Positions 14,262 to 26,097 of a DNA stretch of 64,000 nt are shown here, one piece after another (within the stretch, counting starts at the first letter, position 1; each line of letters opens with the position of its first letter). The translations under genes were made by a program, and so were the position numbers. This DNA is from Adineta vaga (Eukaryota; Animalia; Rotifera): assembly GCA_021613535.1 (NCBI GenBank), contig CP075496.1:6696001-6760000 (forward strand). Reading direction: 5' to 3'. A model generated the notes under the pieces. The model worked only from the letters and a program-made list of their open reading frames with translations. It had not been told where the DNA came from and did not search any database.

Positions 14262-14926
14262 AATGATATCTGAATTGAGACAATCAAACAGAACACAATA
14301 TGTAGAACAAATATGAGAACATCGTTATTTTTCACACAAGTATATACAATGATAGATAGGACTTCTCGTGACAGTAGAATAAAAACACAGATGGAAGTGA
14401 TCATGAAAAGATCAAATTCCAATCGTTCTTAATGTTTTCTTATTGCCTTTTCTTCTTCTTCTTCTTCTTGTCTCTCTCTCTCCCCTTTATTCATTTAGTT
14501 CGCCTCTCGTCATTCACACACGATCACTGCTATGAATTGCGTTCGACTAGAGAGAAAAAGGAAGAAAAAATAGTAAAGAGACACTAGACATACGACATGC
14601 GTGTAAAGCGTACGCGTGATGATGTGTGCTTTTATCTGTAGAATATAAAAGACAATCAAATAGGTGTGTGTGTGTATGTGTGTAAATATGTGCACACAGA
14701 AAGAAAAAAGTAGAGAAAAGAAGTAAATTGCTAACTTGCAAGATGAAGCATATATCTATGAATATACATGTTTAACAAGATAACAAATATTATTATTTTT
14801 TATATAATTAACAAAAGTTGTCACACAATAACAGAAATACCTACATATATCTACGAAAAAGAATAGAAGAAAAAAAATGTGCCATTTTCCTTTTTGTTCT
14901 ATATAAAAATGATTATCTGATTATTC

Positions 14927-17900
14927 TTATTGAGCAATACCAAGATGTGATTGAATAGCATCAATAAAATCTTGTTTTTTAGTACCTGATGCTTTTAATT
15001 TCTTATCTCTACAATAATCTTTTAACATTGGAACAGTTAATTTACTTAACTAAATGAAAAGAAAAAAAAAGAAACCAATATTCAATATATTTACAAAACA
15101 TCGAATCATTTTTGTTCTTACCAAATTACTCTTTGCTGCTGCTTCAACATCAACATCTTCATCAGCTCTTGATTTTTTTGTGCCACCAGGTGAAGCAGCT
15201 GTTTCAGCCTAAAGATAATTCATAATTAAAAAAAGAAGATGTATTTCTCATTTCTATAAATATTACTACACTGATGAAAGAACTATTTAGGTATCTTTTC
15301 TTCTTGAACTAAGCATTACATATAACTATTCTCAACTAGTTGTTATTCTTCTCATCGAGACATTTTAAATTAATAATGAGAACATTAATAAGAGAGAAAA
15401 ACTATTGCAAATTTTTACAACATGACCTCTGAAACCAAGGGTTGTTTTTTCATTTTATCGATTTTGATGAAAGAAAAATCTCAACAAATAATTTATGACT
15501 CAAACGTTATAAATAGAAATTTTATCATTACCGTTCTTTTGTATACAGTCAATAAAACGAGGATTATAAAAATGTAGGTAATCATATACCGTATGGCAGA
15601 TTCTCAGAGAAATGTTTTCGAAATCGGATTTGAAAAACAATCATGTGATAACGTTTTATTATTGATAAATAATCTATATCATTCATCGCACGATCCAAAC
15701 AAATAGTTACTTGTATAAGATATTCGATCGGCTATAGTACCGAGAAAAAAAAAGAAAATGTACTGATAGAATTTTGTCTGTATTAGTGTTTTTCATTTGC
15801 TAGAGGATTATGAAATATTAGGAAGCAATAGACCATATAAATATATTAAAAATAGTAAACCTGATGAACTATTATTTATCGTTCCAGTAGTTTTCAGGTA
15901 CATAATATCTGTATTACTAGAAGATTCTTTTCGAACTTTAAAAGGACATTTTGTTATTAGAAAGGAAGAAGAAAAAAATAGAGAATAAATATGAGTACTT
16001 CTTATTCTAACCAAGAGCAAGGTTAAAATGTATTTTCAAGTAGGAAAATCCGGAAAGAAAAGACCCAGAAGCCAACTTAATCGTGTATACAAGGATATAT
16101 AGAATCAATTCTTCGTTTGAATTGTTTCTTCATAGAATTAATATCGATTGCTTAAGGATCTCGTTATTGAATCTATTCAATTCATACAAACCTTTCGTTT
16201 TGTTGCTGATTTTTTTGTCATACCCATAACATATCCAGGTGGGAAAATCATTTGTTTTAATTCATCAATATATCCTGCTACTTTACGATTTTGATTTTCT
16301 ACACTTGGAATTGTTAAATCAATAAATTCATCGGGTTCACCTTTATTCAAAGCAGTTGCTTCAATATTTCTCCATAAAGTTTGTAATGCAGGATTTTCGA
16401 ATTTATCTGCACGATATTTAAATTTTAAGCCACGTATGACATTCTTAAATAATTCAACTTCATCACTAGCTGCACGTGTTGTATCATTTTTTGGTAATGT
16501 ACGTATATCATCTGCATATGGTAAATAATGAACATGAAAACCATTCGATGCAATACGATCATTTTTGACTTTTTTATTGATTTCTTCACCTTGGGCGATC
16601 AAAGCAGCTAAATAAGAGACAAAAAAGACACATGAAAAAATTCGATGAAGATGGTTTATTCTATTACCTAGACGTGGTGGTGTATTTCTTCGAGCAGTAA
16701 ATTGACATAAGATGAACATTTGTTTTTCTAAACATTTTTTCAATAGTGCATTGAATAAGGATGAACTTCCTTCGACATATTTTTCATCAGGATATATGAA
16801 ATGACCGGGTTTACAATAATGATGTGGTAATAAACATGAAAGACTTTTAAAACCGAGTAATTCAAAACCGGGATCGGAAAATTTCTTAATAGCTTTGATT
16901 TCATCTGAATCAAAAAGTATACGACGATTTGAAACATCTAAACCAAGTTGAATATCTGACGGCATGAGAATTTCCGCTGAAAACAAAAATTGAATTTATT
17001 TGATCAATTGAAGATAATAAAGAAAGAGAATAGAACCTGTTTCCGGAAGATAATGTTTGGTAACAATTTTCGTTTCCAAATTAGTTTTCATATCTAATTT
17101 GATCTTAGTTGGTTTTGGACAAGGACGAACCTAGAAGGAATAACGAATAAAGATAATCCCCAACAGAGGATTGTTTTTGACAATTGTCACTTTTTCTCGC
17201 TTCTCCAATCAAAATCTGTTCTATATTTTAAGCGAAGAAAAATGAATCTAGATAAAGTTATGCTGCTTTCAATAAATGACAAGTTGAATTTCAAAAATGT
17301 CATATGGAAGAAAAGAGACGAGAAATGTCTATGGTCCATTGATGATATGTCAGTTCCACTCCATTATTTTAGCTTCTCGTGATTTAATTCTGTCATCTAA
17401 CGTTCATACTCATTTATAAGAAGAGATGGAATTTTCATGAAACCAACCTTGATTCTATTTTAGTAACTAGGACAATTTATAATGAATAAAGATATGACAG
17501 AGATTTCCGAAGATTAACGAAGAAGATAACCTACAGTACCGACGATGTACCTGGATATTTCTTTGAGACTTTTTTTTTATAGAATGTACTTAATTATTCA
17601 TCCTTTTTGTTCGGAAATATAGAATAGAAATAAGTGCAAAGCACTTAAATGTCTTTCCTACAAATAACATGTAGCTTTCAACGATTCAATCTATATTCAA
17701 ATGATCTTACTAATCTACTATTTTATTTTATATAATTTTCTGGCTTCAATCTGATTAATTTCTCAGCTGTCATTTGCGACTATCGTTTTAAAACATAAAC
17801 TATACCATATTATAAACTGAAACAGAAAATTCCAATGGTGTCCCATCTGATGTTTTGCCTAATGAAAATGGTACCGTACAATAAGCACGTTTTTTATGTT

Positions 17901-18764
17901 CTTTTGAATAGACAAATTTTAATAATTCATTTAATCGTCCTGTTGGTTCTTGATTATTTCGAATATCAAGATCTTCATCACTTAACATTAAAACATCTTG
18001 AAAGAATTTTTTGAAATCGAACTTTGTTATTGTTTCAGTTAAAATTGGAAAAACTTCCAATTGAATTCCAACATCATTCAAATCTTTTGCTCGTTGTTTT
18101 GCTTGTCGTTCGAGTGTTAAATTTGATGCATGTGGTTGATCATTACATGTAAATATGAATATACGTTTAATTGTTAAACGTTGAGGTGAATTTGAAAATA
18201 AATTCGAACATGTCCATAATGCTTCATTTAATGAATAACCAGTTGCTTGTGTCGAACCAAATAATTCATCATATTTAGTTTTAAATGTACTTCTATCTGA
18301 CAATGTTTCCAATTGAATAATACGTTCAGCGGATGGTTGTGCTAATTCGTGAAGAATATAAATATGTTTAAAATCGAATGCATTAAGACTATTTTCAGTG
18401 CCATAGAGAATAATACCACTGAGATCTTTATCATTTGAGATGATTTTTGATTGATAAAAACGTTGACAAGCACGCATAACTAATTGAAAACCAGTTGTTA
18501 ATTGTGCATCTTCATCATCATCATCAATAGTTGGATCTTGTTTCATTTGATTGGCTAAAGATTCGAACATTTGTGGAGAACATTCGATTAACATTAGCGT
18601 TCCATCACGAGATGTTAAAACCTTGATTAAGAATGAAATATTTTCTTTCAGTTTAATATGAAATGAATTTCATTTATGTTTACTTGTCGTCCTTGTTGAT
18701 TTTCATCTTGTATTTCATCTTCAGCATTGCCACCAGTACCCCAGTTTTGATCAAGTAAAGACAT
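14927..18764 (-). CDS. XRCC6: Ku70 (non-homologous end-joining heterodimer subunit)
   Basis: vWA region (SKIISNDKDL, LNEALWTCSNLF, RIFIFTCNDQPH), core (GFELLGFK, FIYPDE, GFHVHYLPYADDIR, FENPALQ) and C-terminal SAP domain (LSKLTVPMLKDYC..GTKKQDFIDAI). Seven exons; ATG 18764, stop 14927-14929. Confidence 0.95.
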
Positions 18765-19297
18765 CTTATCTGACTATTATTGCCGTGATTAACAACAATT
18801 TAGAAGTTGAAAGTAGTAATATGATATGATTGATATGATCTAGAATTGGATAATTGGAACAATAAACAAAGACGAGTTTATGATTGGAGAATATTATAGT
18901 TGAATATCTATAGAAAAGTTACATAGTGGATGAGAATGACATCTGCCGATATTGCTGACAATCTAGTTCATATAAAAGTCGAGAATTCATATAAATTGTT
19001 TATCTTGATAAGTGTACTCATAATTGTATAGTCTCTTTAATTAAATGAACATTCTTTGTTTTGTAAATGGCAAAGTAAAGTAATTCACTAGGTTAGATTA
19101 TTTTCTTGAATATAATATTGAAAAGCGCTCTAGAAGCATTCTATGTCTAGTTCTAATTGTTCAATACTTGAATATATGAAGTATTCTCATTTATTTATCA
19201 TGACTACTATTAATTAAAAGCACATTTTTAGAATCAATGTCAATATGTTTCTCATTTCGTTTGAAGAAGAATAATAGAAATAGATTTCAAGTAAATG

Positions 19298-19420
19298 ATG
19301 TAGGTGAAGTTAGCCAGAGATTCGAGTTTTCTTTGAACATATTCGTCTCACATGGTGTGCCATCTGTTTATTGTTGTGTGACAAATAGAACTCAACGAGC
19401 TCTATCGATTGGTACATTTA
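19298..19420 (-). repeat. Left arm of a 123-bp inverted repeat (partner 22695-22817)
   Basis: Reverse complement aligns without gaps to 22695-22817 with 18 mismatches by hand count (~85% identity). Confidence 0.9.
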
Positions 19421-19623
19421 GATTCTGTAAGAGCACCAAAATAAGATCCACAGTCGCAAAAGATTCTTTTTTCTCCATGGAAACAAATTCACAAAAACTC
19501 TACATATGCACCTAACCGTTGAACAAGAGCAGCGAAACTTGATTGAGAAGAAAAATTTTCACTGAAATTTGGATCACTCCTACTGTGAGTCGGAAGCAAT
19601 ATCGTGAGCACAAGTATCAAGGT

Positions 19624-19686
19624 AGGGTGTGAGTGTTTGTGTGTGCCATCTCTTTCATCATCCACACTCACCGACACTCACACCCT
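19624..19686. repeat. Short GT/CA-rich imperfect hairpin
   Basis: AGGGTGTGAGTGT (19624-19636) and ACACTCACACCCT (19674-19686) are exact reverse complements; pairing extends imperfectly to ~22 nt. Confidence 0.75.
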
Positions 19687-20175
19687 GAAGTTTAGAAAGG
19701 GCGAGCAAAATTCAACGTTATAGAATTAATAAAACATCTGTCACTATTCTATTACTATTCTCGTTCTATTACTATTGTCCGCTCACTGATTGTGGAAATG
19801 ACTCTGTTCGAATTCACATATGTAAGATGTACTTTTGTACGGAACTTCAGATCGAAAAATGTATACATTCATACTTGACATCTACCATACCATCTATTCC
19901 TTTATTTACTCTCATTGTTTGTAGAAATTAAATAATTTCATCGGATAAAGAAGAGCGTGCATTAAGTCATCTATTCGGACGAAGAAACTACGCTATAAGA
20001 CAAAGACAATCTGCTAAATTCAACTTTTGCTTTTCAGCCATCGATGGAATAGTGGAATAAATTGCACATAGGATAGCTATAATATGCTTAAATCAATTGT
20101 AACATACAATCAATGCAAACTTCTGTGCCGTCACTACGTTTCCTTTTTATTTTTTCAAAAATAAGAAATACTGAT

Positions 20176-21737
20176 CAGGGTTGGGCAGCAAAGATACAGA
20201 CACAAAAATAGTTTAACAATAACGAAATATAACTGTATTAAACTATCGATCCCATGTAGAAATCGATTTCTCATTGAAGATAATTTCTCTTTTAACATCG
20301 AATGGAATTACTTAATAGCAAAAATTGTAAACGAGACAAATATATAAAATTATTGATCATTTTACATCAAATATAAAAATCAATTAAATACGGACAAAAT
20401 CCAAATCCAAATACACAGTTTCATGCCAAGTACTTAGGGCAATCCGAGAGTAGCCGTCCAAGCACCAATTGTATAATAAGCTGTTGAAAGTTTCTTTCTA
20501 TATGAGTTGATAGAAACAGCAAAGCTCCATTTTTCTATGGTGTTCAATCATTATTCAACGACTAATGTAATCATAAACTTTCGCTAAAATTATTTTTAAA
20601 GATCATTATCTCATATTGCCATAACATTGATCGCACTAGAAGAGATTATCGATAAATAAAATTCACTTAAAAATTATACTAAAAAAAGGCAAAACGGTTT
20701 TGCTTTCTTACAATTCAAGAAGAGATATTTGGATCGCAATCTAGAGAAAGAATTGGTAACTCGACTCCGTCAATATCAATATCTACAGGACAAATACTTC
20801 TGCCTTATACAGTCGAGTGGCAACTGAGTCGAAGCGACAAACCTTAACCTGTGTATTTTACTCAATTAAACTAATCTAAAAATATTAGGTTACGCAAAAA
20901 CGACTGTATAAGTGATTGGTATAAGATTGAAGTACGAATTGATAAAATGCTATCGATGTGTGAATCAAGACGGAATAGTTTCTTCAATCAAAACAAATAA
21001 TAAATCTAATGTTAGAGAATGTGGAGTAAATAAAAATCTGTACGTGTATATTTCAAGAGTAACAAATATCATATAAAAAATAATTAAGAGTTTCAGAACA
21101 AAAACCTTGTATTGATCCATCATCCGCTGCCTTTAGATATCATTGTCCATAACCGTTAAAGCATGCAGTTTCTTTTTTAAGCTGCTGATTTCAGTTTGTA
21201 AATCAGTGTATTGTTGCATTTGGGCTGGTGTCAGATCATCAAATGGTATTATCACGAGTTCCTGCAATTGAAACGACTTCTTGGCAAAATCAAAAGCTAA
21301 ACGATTTTTCTAAAGAAAACAAAAGAAAATAACAACACGTCAGATATTATCGAAAAATAGGTATCAACGTCAAACGTGCGTCAGGAAGGAAAATAGCCAT
21401 TGCAAAAAAAGTCAGATATTTTATGCTTCAATATCATATATGTGTGGTTTATATATATTGTATGGCTCGTTGACTATTTTACTCTAGAGAGAAGCAATTT
21501 ACCTTTCTGCAGAGAAAAAAAGGGAATTACAAAACAGACGACATCGGTCACATTCGTATAACGTATAAGCTAGACAAAGGAAATAACATAAAACAATCTT
21601 TCCAACACATTGATTGGTCATGCTTTGATTCGAACGAAGTGGTTGGAGATAATTACAAAATTGGACTCTATGGTCTTTTTGAATTCTTTCTGAATTCAAA
21701 ATCACAAGCCACAAGCATTTTTTTCCACACAACCCTG
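20176..21737. mobile_element. Possible decayed DNA-transposon relic with CAGGGTTG termini (hAT-like)
   Basis: CAGGGTTGGGCAGCAAA at 20176 and CAACCCTG at 21730-21737 (13/17 inverted match). No matching 8-bp target-site duplication and no transposase ORF. Confidence 0.35.
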
Positions 21738-21980
21738 GGTATACGGGTCTAAAAAAAACATTTGGTTCTATTCAATAACCGACAGTCATTGTTATATATC
21801 CAGACGGTGCAACACACAATTGTTCACATTATTTTTCACGATTCTTATCATTTCATTTGACCATGACCAGACATAAATCCAGCACTGTGTTCATTGACTC
21901 GCCTTAATTGATCACTAGTGATGAAAAATGTGTATACCCAGTTAGATACTTTCACCTAAATCAATTTGAAAGACTCAGGT

Positions 21981-22150
21981 TCTAGGGGTATAAGAGTCGA
22001 AAGGTATAAGACCCTTTAGACCCTTACACTCTAATATCCTCACACCCATATACTCTTACACATTTAGACCCAAAGATATGACGACTTCCGAAGTTATGAA
22101 GGACGAAGATATGCATGTGTATATGTATATAGTTATGAAGATTCGAAGAC
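21981..22150. repeat. Degenerate ~8-bp tandem/inverted minisatellite (CCCTTAGA/CCCTTACA-like, then GTTATGAAG units)
   Basis: Decayed periodic units ggtataag, ccctttaga, cccttaca, ctcttaca, gttatgaag x2. Confidence 0.5.
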
Positions 22151-22694
22151 CCATGACTTTAATCGGAAATTATATCTGTTTCTTCTTTTCTTAATTCAGA
22201 AAGAATTCAAATAGACCATTGTATGCAAAATTGATACTACTCGATAAGAACCGCTTGTATTCAGATCTTAGAATTAACAAGATCTACTTACTTGTGCCAA
22301 TTTTGCTTGATTTAGCAGTGTACGATAATGTTCCAAACTTTCGTATGCATTATAATGAATAACGCGAAATTCACGTTGGATCGTTTGGAACACATATACA
22401 GTTAATCAGAATGATGTAGAAAAAGTAACTAAGCGACACTATTTGTGGAAAGAAAATGATTATGTGCGTAAAAGAAAAAGTGATCGGCACGTTGTTTACT
22501 AGTATTTCACTAATTTATCTCTTCTCTTCATGTCTTTCTCTTTCATGTATTATGTACATCCACAATCGTTGTCTTTCGATTTTTTCATGTTTTTTTTAAT
22601 TTCAATTATTTTACGTCAATTATCTGTTAGATCTTGATTCAGATGGAAATTCATTTGAATTTAATGTATTTTGAAAGTAACTTTTATTTTGCGT

Positions 22695-22817
22695 TAAATA
22701 TACCGATCGATAGAGCTCGTTGAGTTCTATCTAGCAGACAACAGAGGAAAGGTGGCAAACCATGTGAAACGAATATGTTCAAAGACAACTCGAATCTCTT
22801 ACCAACTTCACCTACAT
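22695..22817 (+). repeat. Right arm of the 123-bp inverted repeat (partner 19298-19420)
   Basis: See left arm. Contains the hairpin GATAGAGCTC-GTT-GAGTTCTATC. Confidence 0.9.
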
Positions 22818-22928
22818 AAGTAAATACATGTCAAAAACTCTATTTATTAGGAAAATAAATTATTTCAAAGTAATATGAATAAGTATTTCTTTCGAGTATT
22901 CCGAAAGACATGTCTTAGTATATAAAAT

Positions 22929-23554
22929 TTAAGCCAATGATAATTGATTAGTAGTTGCAAGTGGAGTTGTTTTTAAATAACTTGTATCGATATCCCAACT
23001 ATCAGGTTCATTTACATCATTATAGAAATGACGTTGGCTAGGCGCAATAATTTTATGAAAATCAATAATTTGTTGTTCTTGTGCTGTTGTTTCTAATGTA
23101 ATCGGTCGAATAAGACGTAAATGATTAACCACATAATCAGGTGGAGCTTGCCAAATAGCCAAAAGATAACAGCCAACTAAAACACCAGAAGCTCCTTTAC
23201 CACGAGTACATTCGACAACAACACCCTATATGAATAATTCAAGGTAAAACAAAATCGACAATAACAACAAACCTCTCCTCGTTGTCGAGCAATGTCCATA
23301 CTATGGACAAATTGTTGACATTGTTCCAAACTTGGTGCACTTCCATCAGGAATATACATATTATGAACACGTAATTCACCTCGCGTATGATTAGGCATAC
23401 TAGAACCATAAGTATCATTGATAGAAATTACTGTTTGAATACGTTGTTCGAGTAAATATCGAATATGTGATGCATGATAAGGATGCGCACATATAGCTAA
23501 ACGTTTATCAATAATCCACTGAAAATATGGTGGCATTGATGGTGGAACATTCAT
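22929..23554 (-). CDS. DUSP23-like dual-specificity phosphatase fold with degenerate active site (probable pseudophosphatase)
   Basis: Two exons (23273-23554, 22929-23225; 47-nt intron). PPYFQWIIDKRLA, IPDGSAPSLEQ, RQRGE and LRLIRPITLETTAQEQ parallel DUSP23. The P-loop reads VECTRGKGAS. Confidence 0.82.
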
Positions 23555-24772
23555 GATTGTTTTGTCTTTTTTACTACTGTATTTCTGATCAAAATAAGAT
23601 ATACACTGACGACATCATAACATCGAAATATTTCTTTTTCTTACATGCGGTTGTTTAGTTACAGCCTCCTTTAAAAATAAATAGACGAATTTTACTTCAG
23701 CGACAGAAACAACAGTCACCTCTTGCAGGTAACTATACACTGTTGTATTGATCGTCGATATGATTTAAGTTCATCATCTTGATGTCAGATTTGTTATGTA
23801 CTCACTTTTGACAGCCGTTAGATATGAGTTGGATTACATTTTAAATTGATCTTGATTTCCGCTGTGAAATATCGGAAAGTTTTTAAAAGCAATGTCATTA
23901 GGATCTTATTACACATTGGTCGAAAGCAAAACTGCTGTTTATTCGTCTGCACTCAATTAGCTGATTTCTATGTCAACTTTATTTCACATTACTCAACCGC
24001 AATACAAAATACAAAGCGTATTAAAGAAAAAATGGTGCTATTACTCTCAAAGAAAATCATTCGTATGAATGCATAAACACAGAACAAATCTTTGGTTACG
24101 AAATGCATTGTAACACTTCTATGATACACGACGTATTCTCACATATTTTATATGTATTTAGAAAAAATATCTCTTTTAAAAGATTTCAAATATCACATAT
24201 TCAATTACCCTCAAATGTGGACATACAATCAATTGATTATATATACAACGAATAGTTGAATCTCATACACTAGTGACTTCAATCCAAGTGATTCAATGTT
24301 TTCCATACAATTATTCTTTCGAATAGTATTGAACAAATTATCATCTAAAACATCGGTATCTCAAAATTAGCCTTTACAGTATAGACTATTTAACATGTTC
24401 AAAAGTCAGTATATCTTCTGTTCAGTCAATCTGTTTCTATGTAATATTAAAGAAAAACAATACCGTATGTCTATCTTCTTCAATCATAAATAATCAATAA
24501 GTCAATTTTTACCATTCATAATTCCCAAACAGTTATATATTGGTTCTTTACTGTTGACATCAAACGGACAGTCACACATACACACACACACATATATAGA
24601 GTCAATCATCAAGCCAAAACAGAGGAGAAAAGTATTTACAAAAAAAACCACGGAAGGGAAGCATATAATAAGCTAGAAAACACGTGAATACTAAAAAAAG
24701 GAAGGAAAAAAATCAATCTGTACAGTTGCATATATCTAACTGTTGCACGCGTATAAGAAAAAAAAGATGTTC

Positions 24773-25623
24773 TTATGCTGTTGATGATGATTCGTTAACA
24801 TCTAATACACTTTGTTTCTTTAATAAAGATTTTAAAACACTATTTTCTTGTTCAATCATTCGAATCTATAAATTAAAAATTCAAACGTAGTTTTAATCTA
24901 TCAATACTTGTTTTTTTTTGGGAACATACTCGATCTCGTAGTGCATCATTTTCATGAAGTATGATACCAGCATCAACAGTCTGTTTAACTAACGCAAGAT
25001 TTTGTGTTCGAAGTTCATGTACATATGCGATAGTTTTTTCTAGGACAGCTGTTTTACTCTATAAGAAAATGATGATTAAATGATTTTATTTTAAAACCAG
25101 AGTTTGATAGAGAAAATATTTACTTGATTTTTAACATAATTACTACAATCAGGAATTAGTTTTGATAATTGTTGAATATGTTGATTTATACGATCACGAC
25201 GTCGTCGTTCTACAGCATTATGTGTTGCACGTCTTTTCGCTTGAGTTAAATGTGGTAAATTATCTTGATTATCTGTACGTATAGATGAATTTAGTTCATG
25301 TTGATTATTGCCATTTGTTGATGATACTTTATGTTTATTTACTAACGTTGCTGCTGCCTGTAAATCAGCCAAAAGTTGCTATGAACACAAAGATTAAAAA
25401 GAGAATTCTATTTAGTTTAATTTATTACTTGTTGATTTGTTGATGATGGAAGTAAACTTTGTGCTAATGCTGTCAACATTGAATTGACAACTAGCGACGG
25501 ATTTTGTAATGTTGTTGACGTATTTTTTGATTCCTAAAATGAAGAATGAATTGTAACAATATCTGAGAGATTTTCTTCATGAATACATACATCTTGTTCA
25601 TAAGAATGATCGCGTCCGTTCAT
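24773..25623 (-). CDS. USF-like bHLH-leucine zipper transcription factor (5 exons)
   Basis: RRATHNAVERRRRDRINQHIQQLSKLIPDC..SKTAVLEKTIAYVHELR followed by a zipper (ENDALRDRIRMIEQENSVLKSLL). ATG 25623, stop 24773-24775. Confidence 0.88.
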
Positions 25624-25683
25624 TTGTTCTCACGATGAGAGAGCGTCAATCTGTTTTCGTAGAAAGAATCGATTAATTTAACA

Positions 25684-25751
25684 CACGTGAGTGTTAGACA
25701 AGCAAGGCAAGCGAGCAAGCAACATGTGAGTGTTTTTCTATTGGTCATGTG
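25684..25751. promoter_or_regulatory. E-box cluster just upstream of the USF-like gene
   Basis: CACGTG 25684-25689, CATGTG 25723-25728 and GTCATGTG 25744-25751, 60-130 nt upstream of the ATG. The first two share the flank AGTGTT. Confidence 0.5.
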
Positions 25752-26097
25752 TCAAAAATATGTAGTAAACAATACGTTAGAAGTCTGTTCTACATGTCGA
25801 TTGTAGATGTCAGTAGTTGCTTACTTATTCATCTGTTTGTAATATGAAAAAAAGCTGCGAATTTTATCAGATGATACAATTCTGTAATATATCGAGTATA
25901 TATTAGTGATAGAGTAGAGACATTGAAGATATCATCAAATATGATTGAGTTTCATTTAATCGGGATAGAAGGAAATATGATTGAAGTTTTGACGCTATTT
26001 ATTTTATTCAAAAAGGCTGCTTGATTGATCGAGTTTTTAAGATTGACAGCTAATATTGCTATCAGTCATTATCTTTTTCGTTTAATGAAGTTTTAAG

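Noticed and set aside
21499-21732. 77-aa Cys-rich ORF
   Set aside because: Begins at a TTG inside the putative transposon terminus; no zinc-finger spacing recognisable.
22695-22817. Calling the repeat a box H/ACA snoRNA or a selenoprotein exon (shared in-frame TGA)
   Set aside because: Stem-to-box spacing is only ~4 nt rather than 14-16, the second hairpin pairs poorly, one copy has an extra TAA, and no SECIS was seen. Kept only as alternatives.
23650-23662. RFX X-box-like GTTGTTTAGTTAC upstream of the DUSP-like gene
   Set aside because: Imperfect match to a degenerate consensus; insufficient alone.
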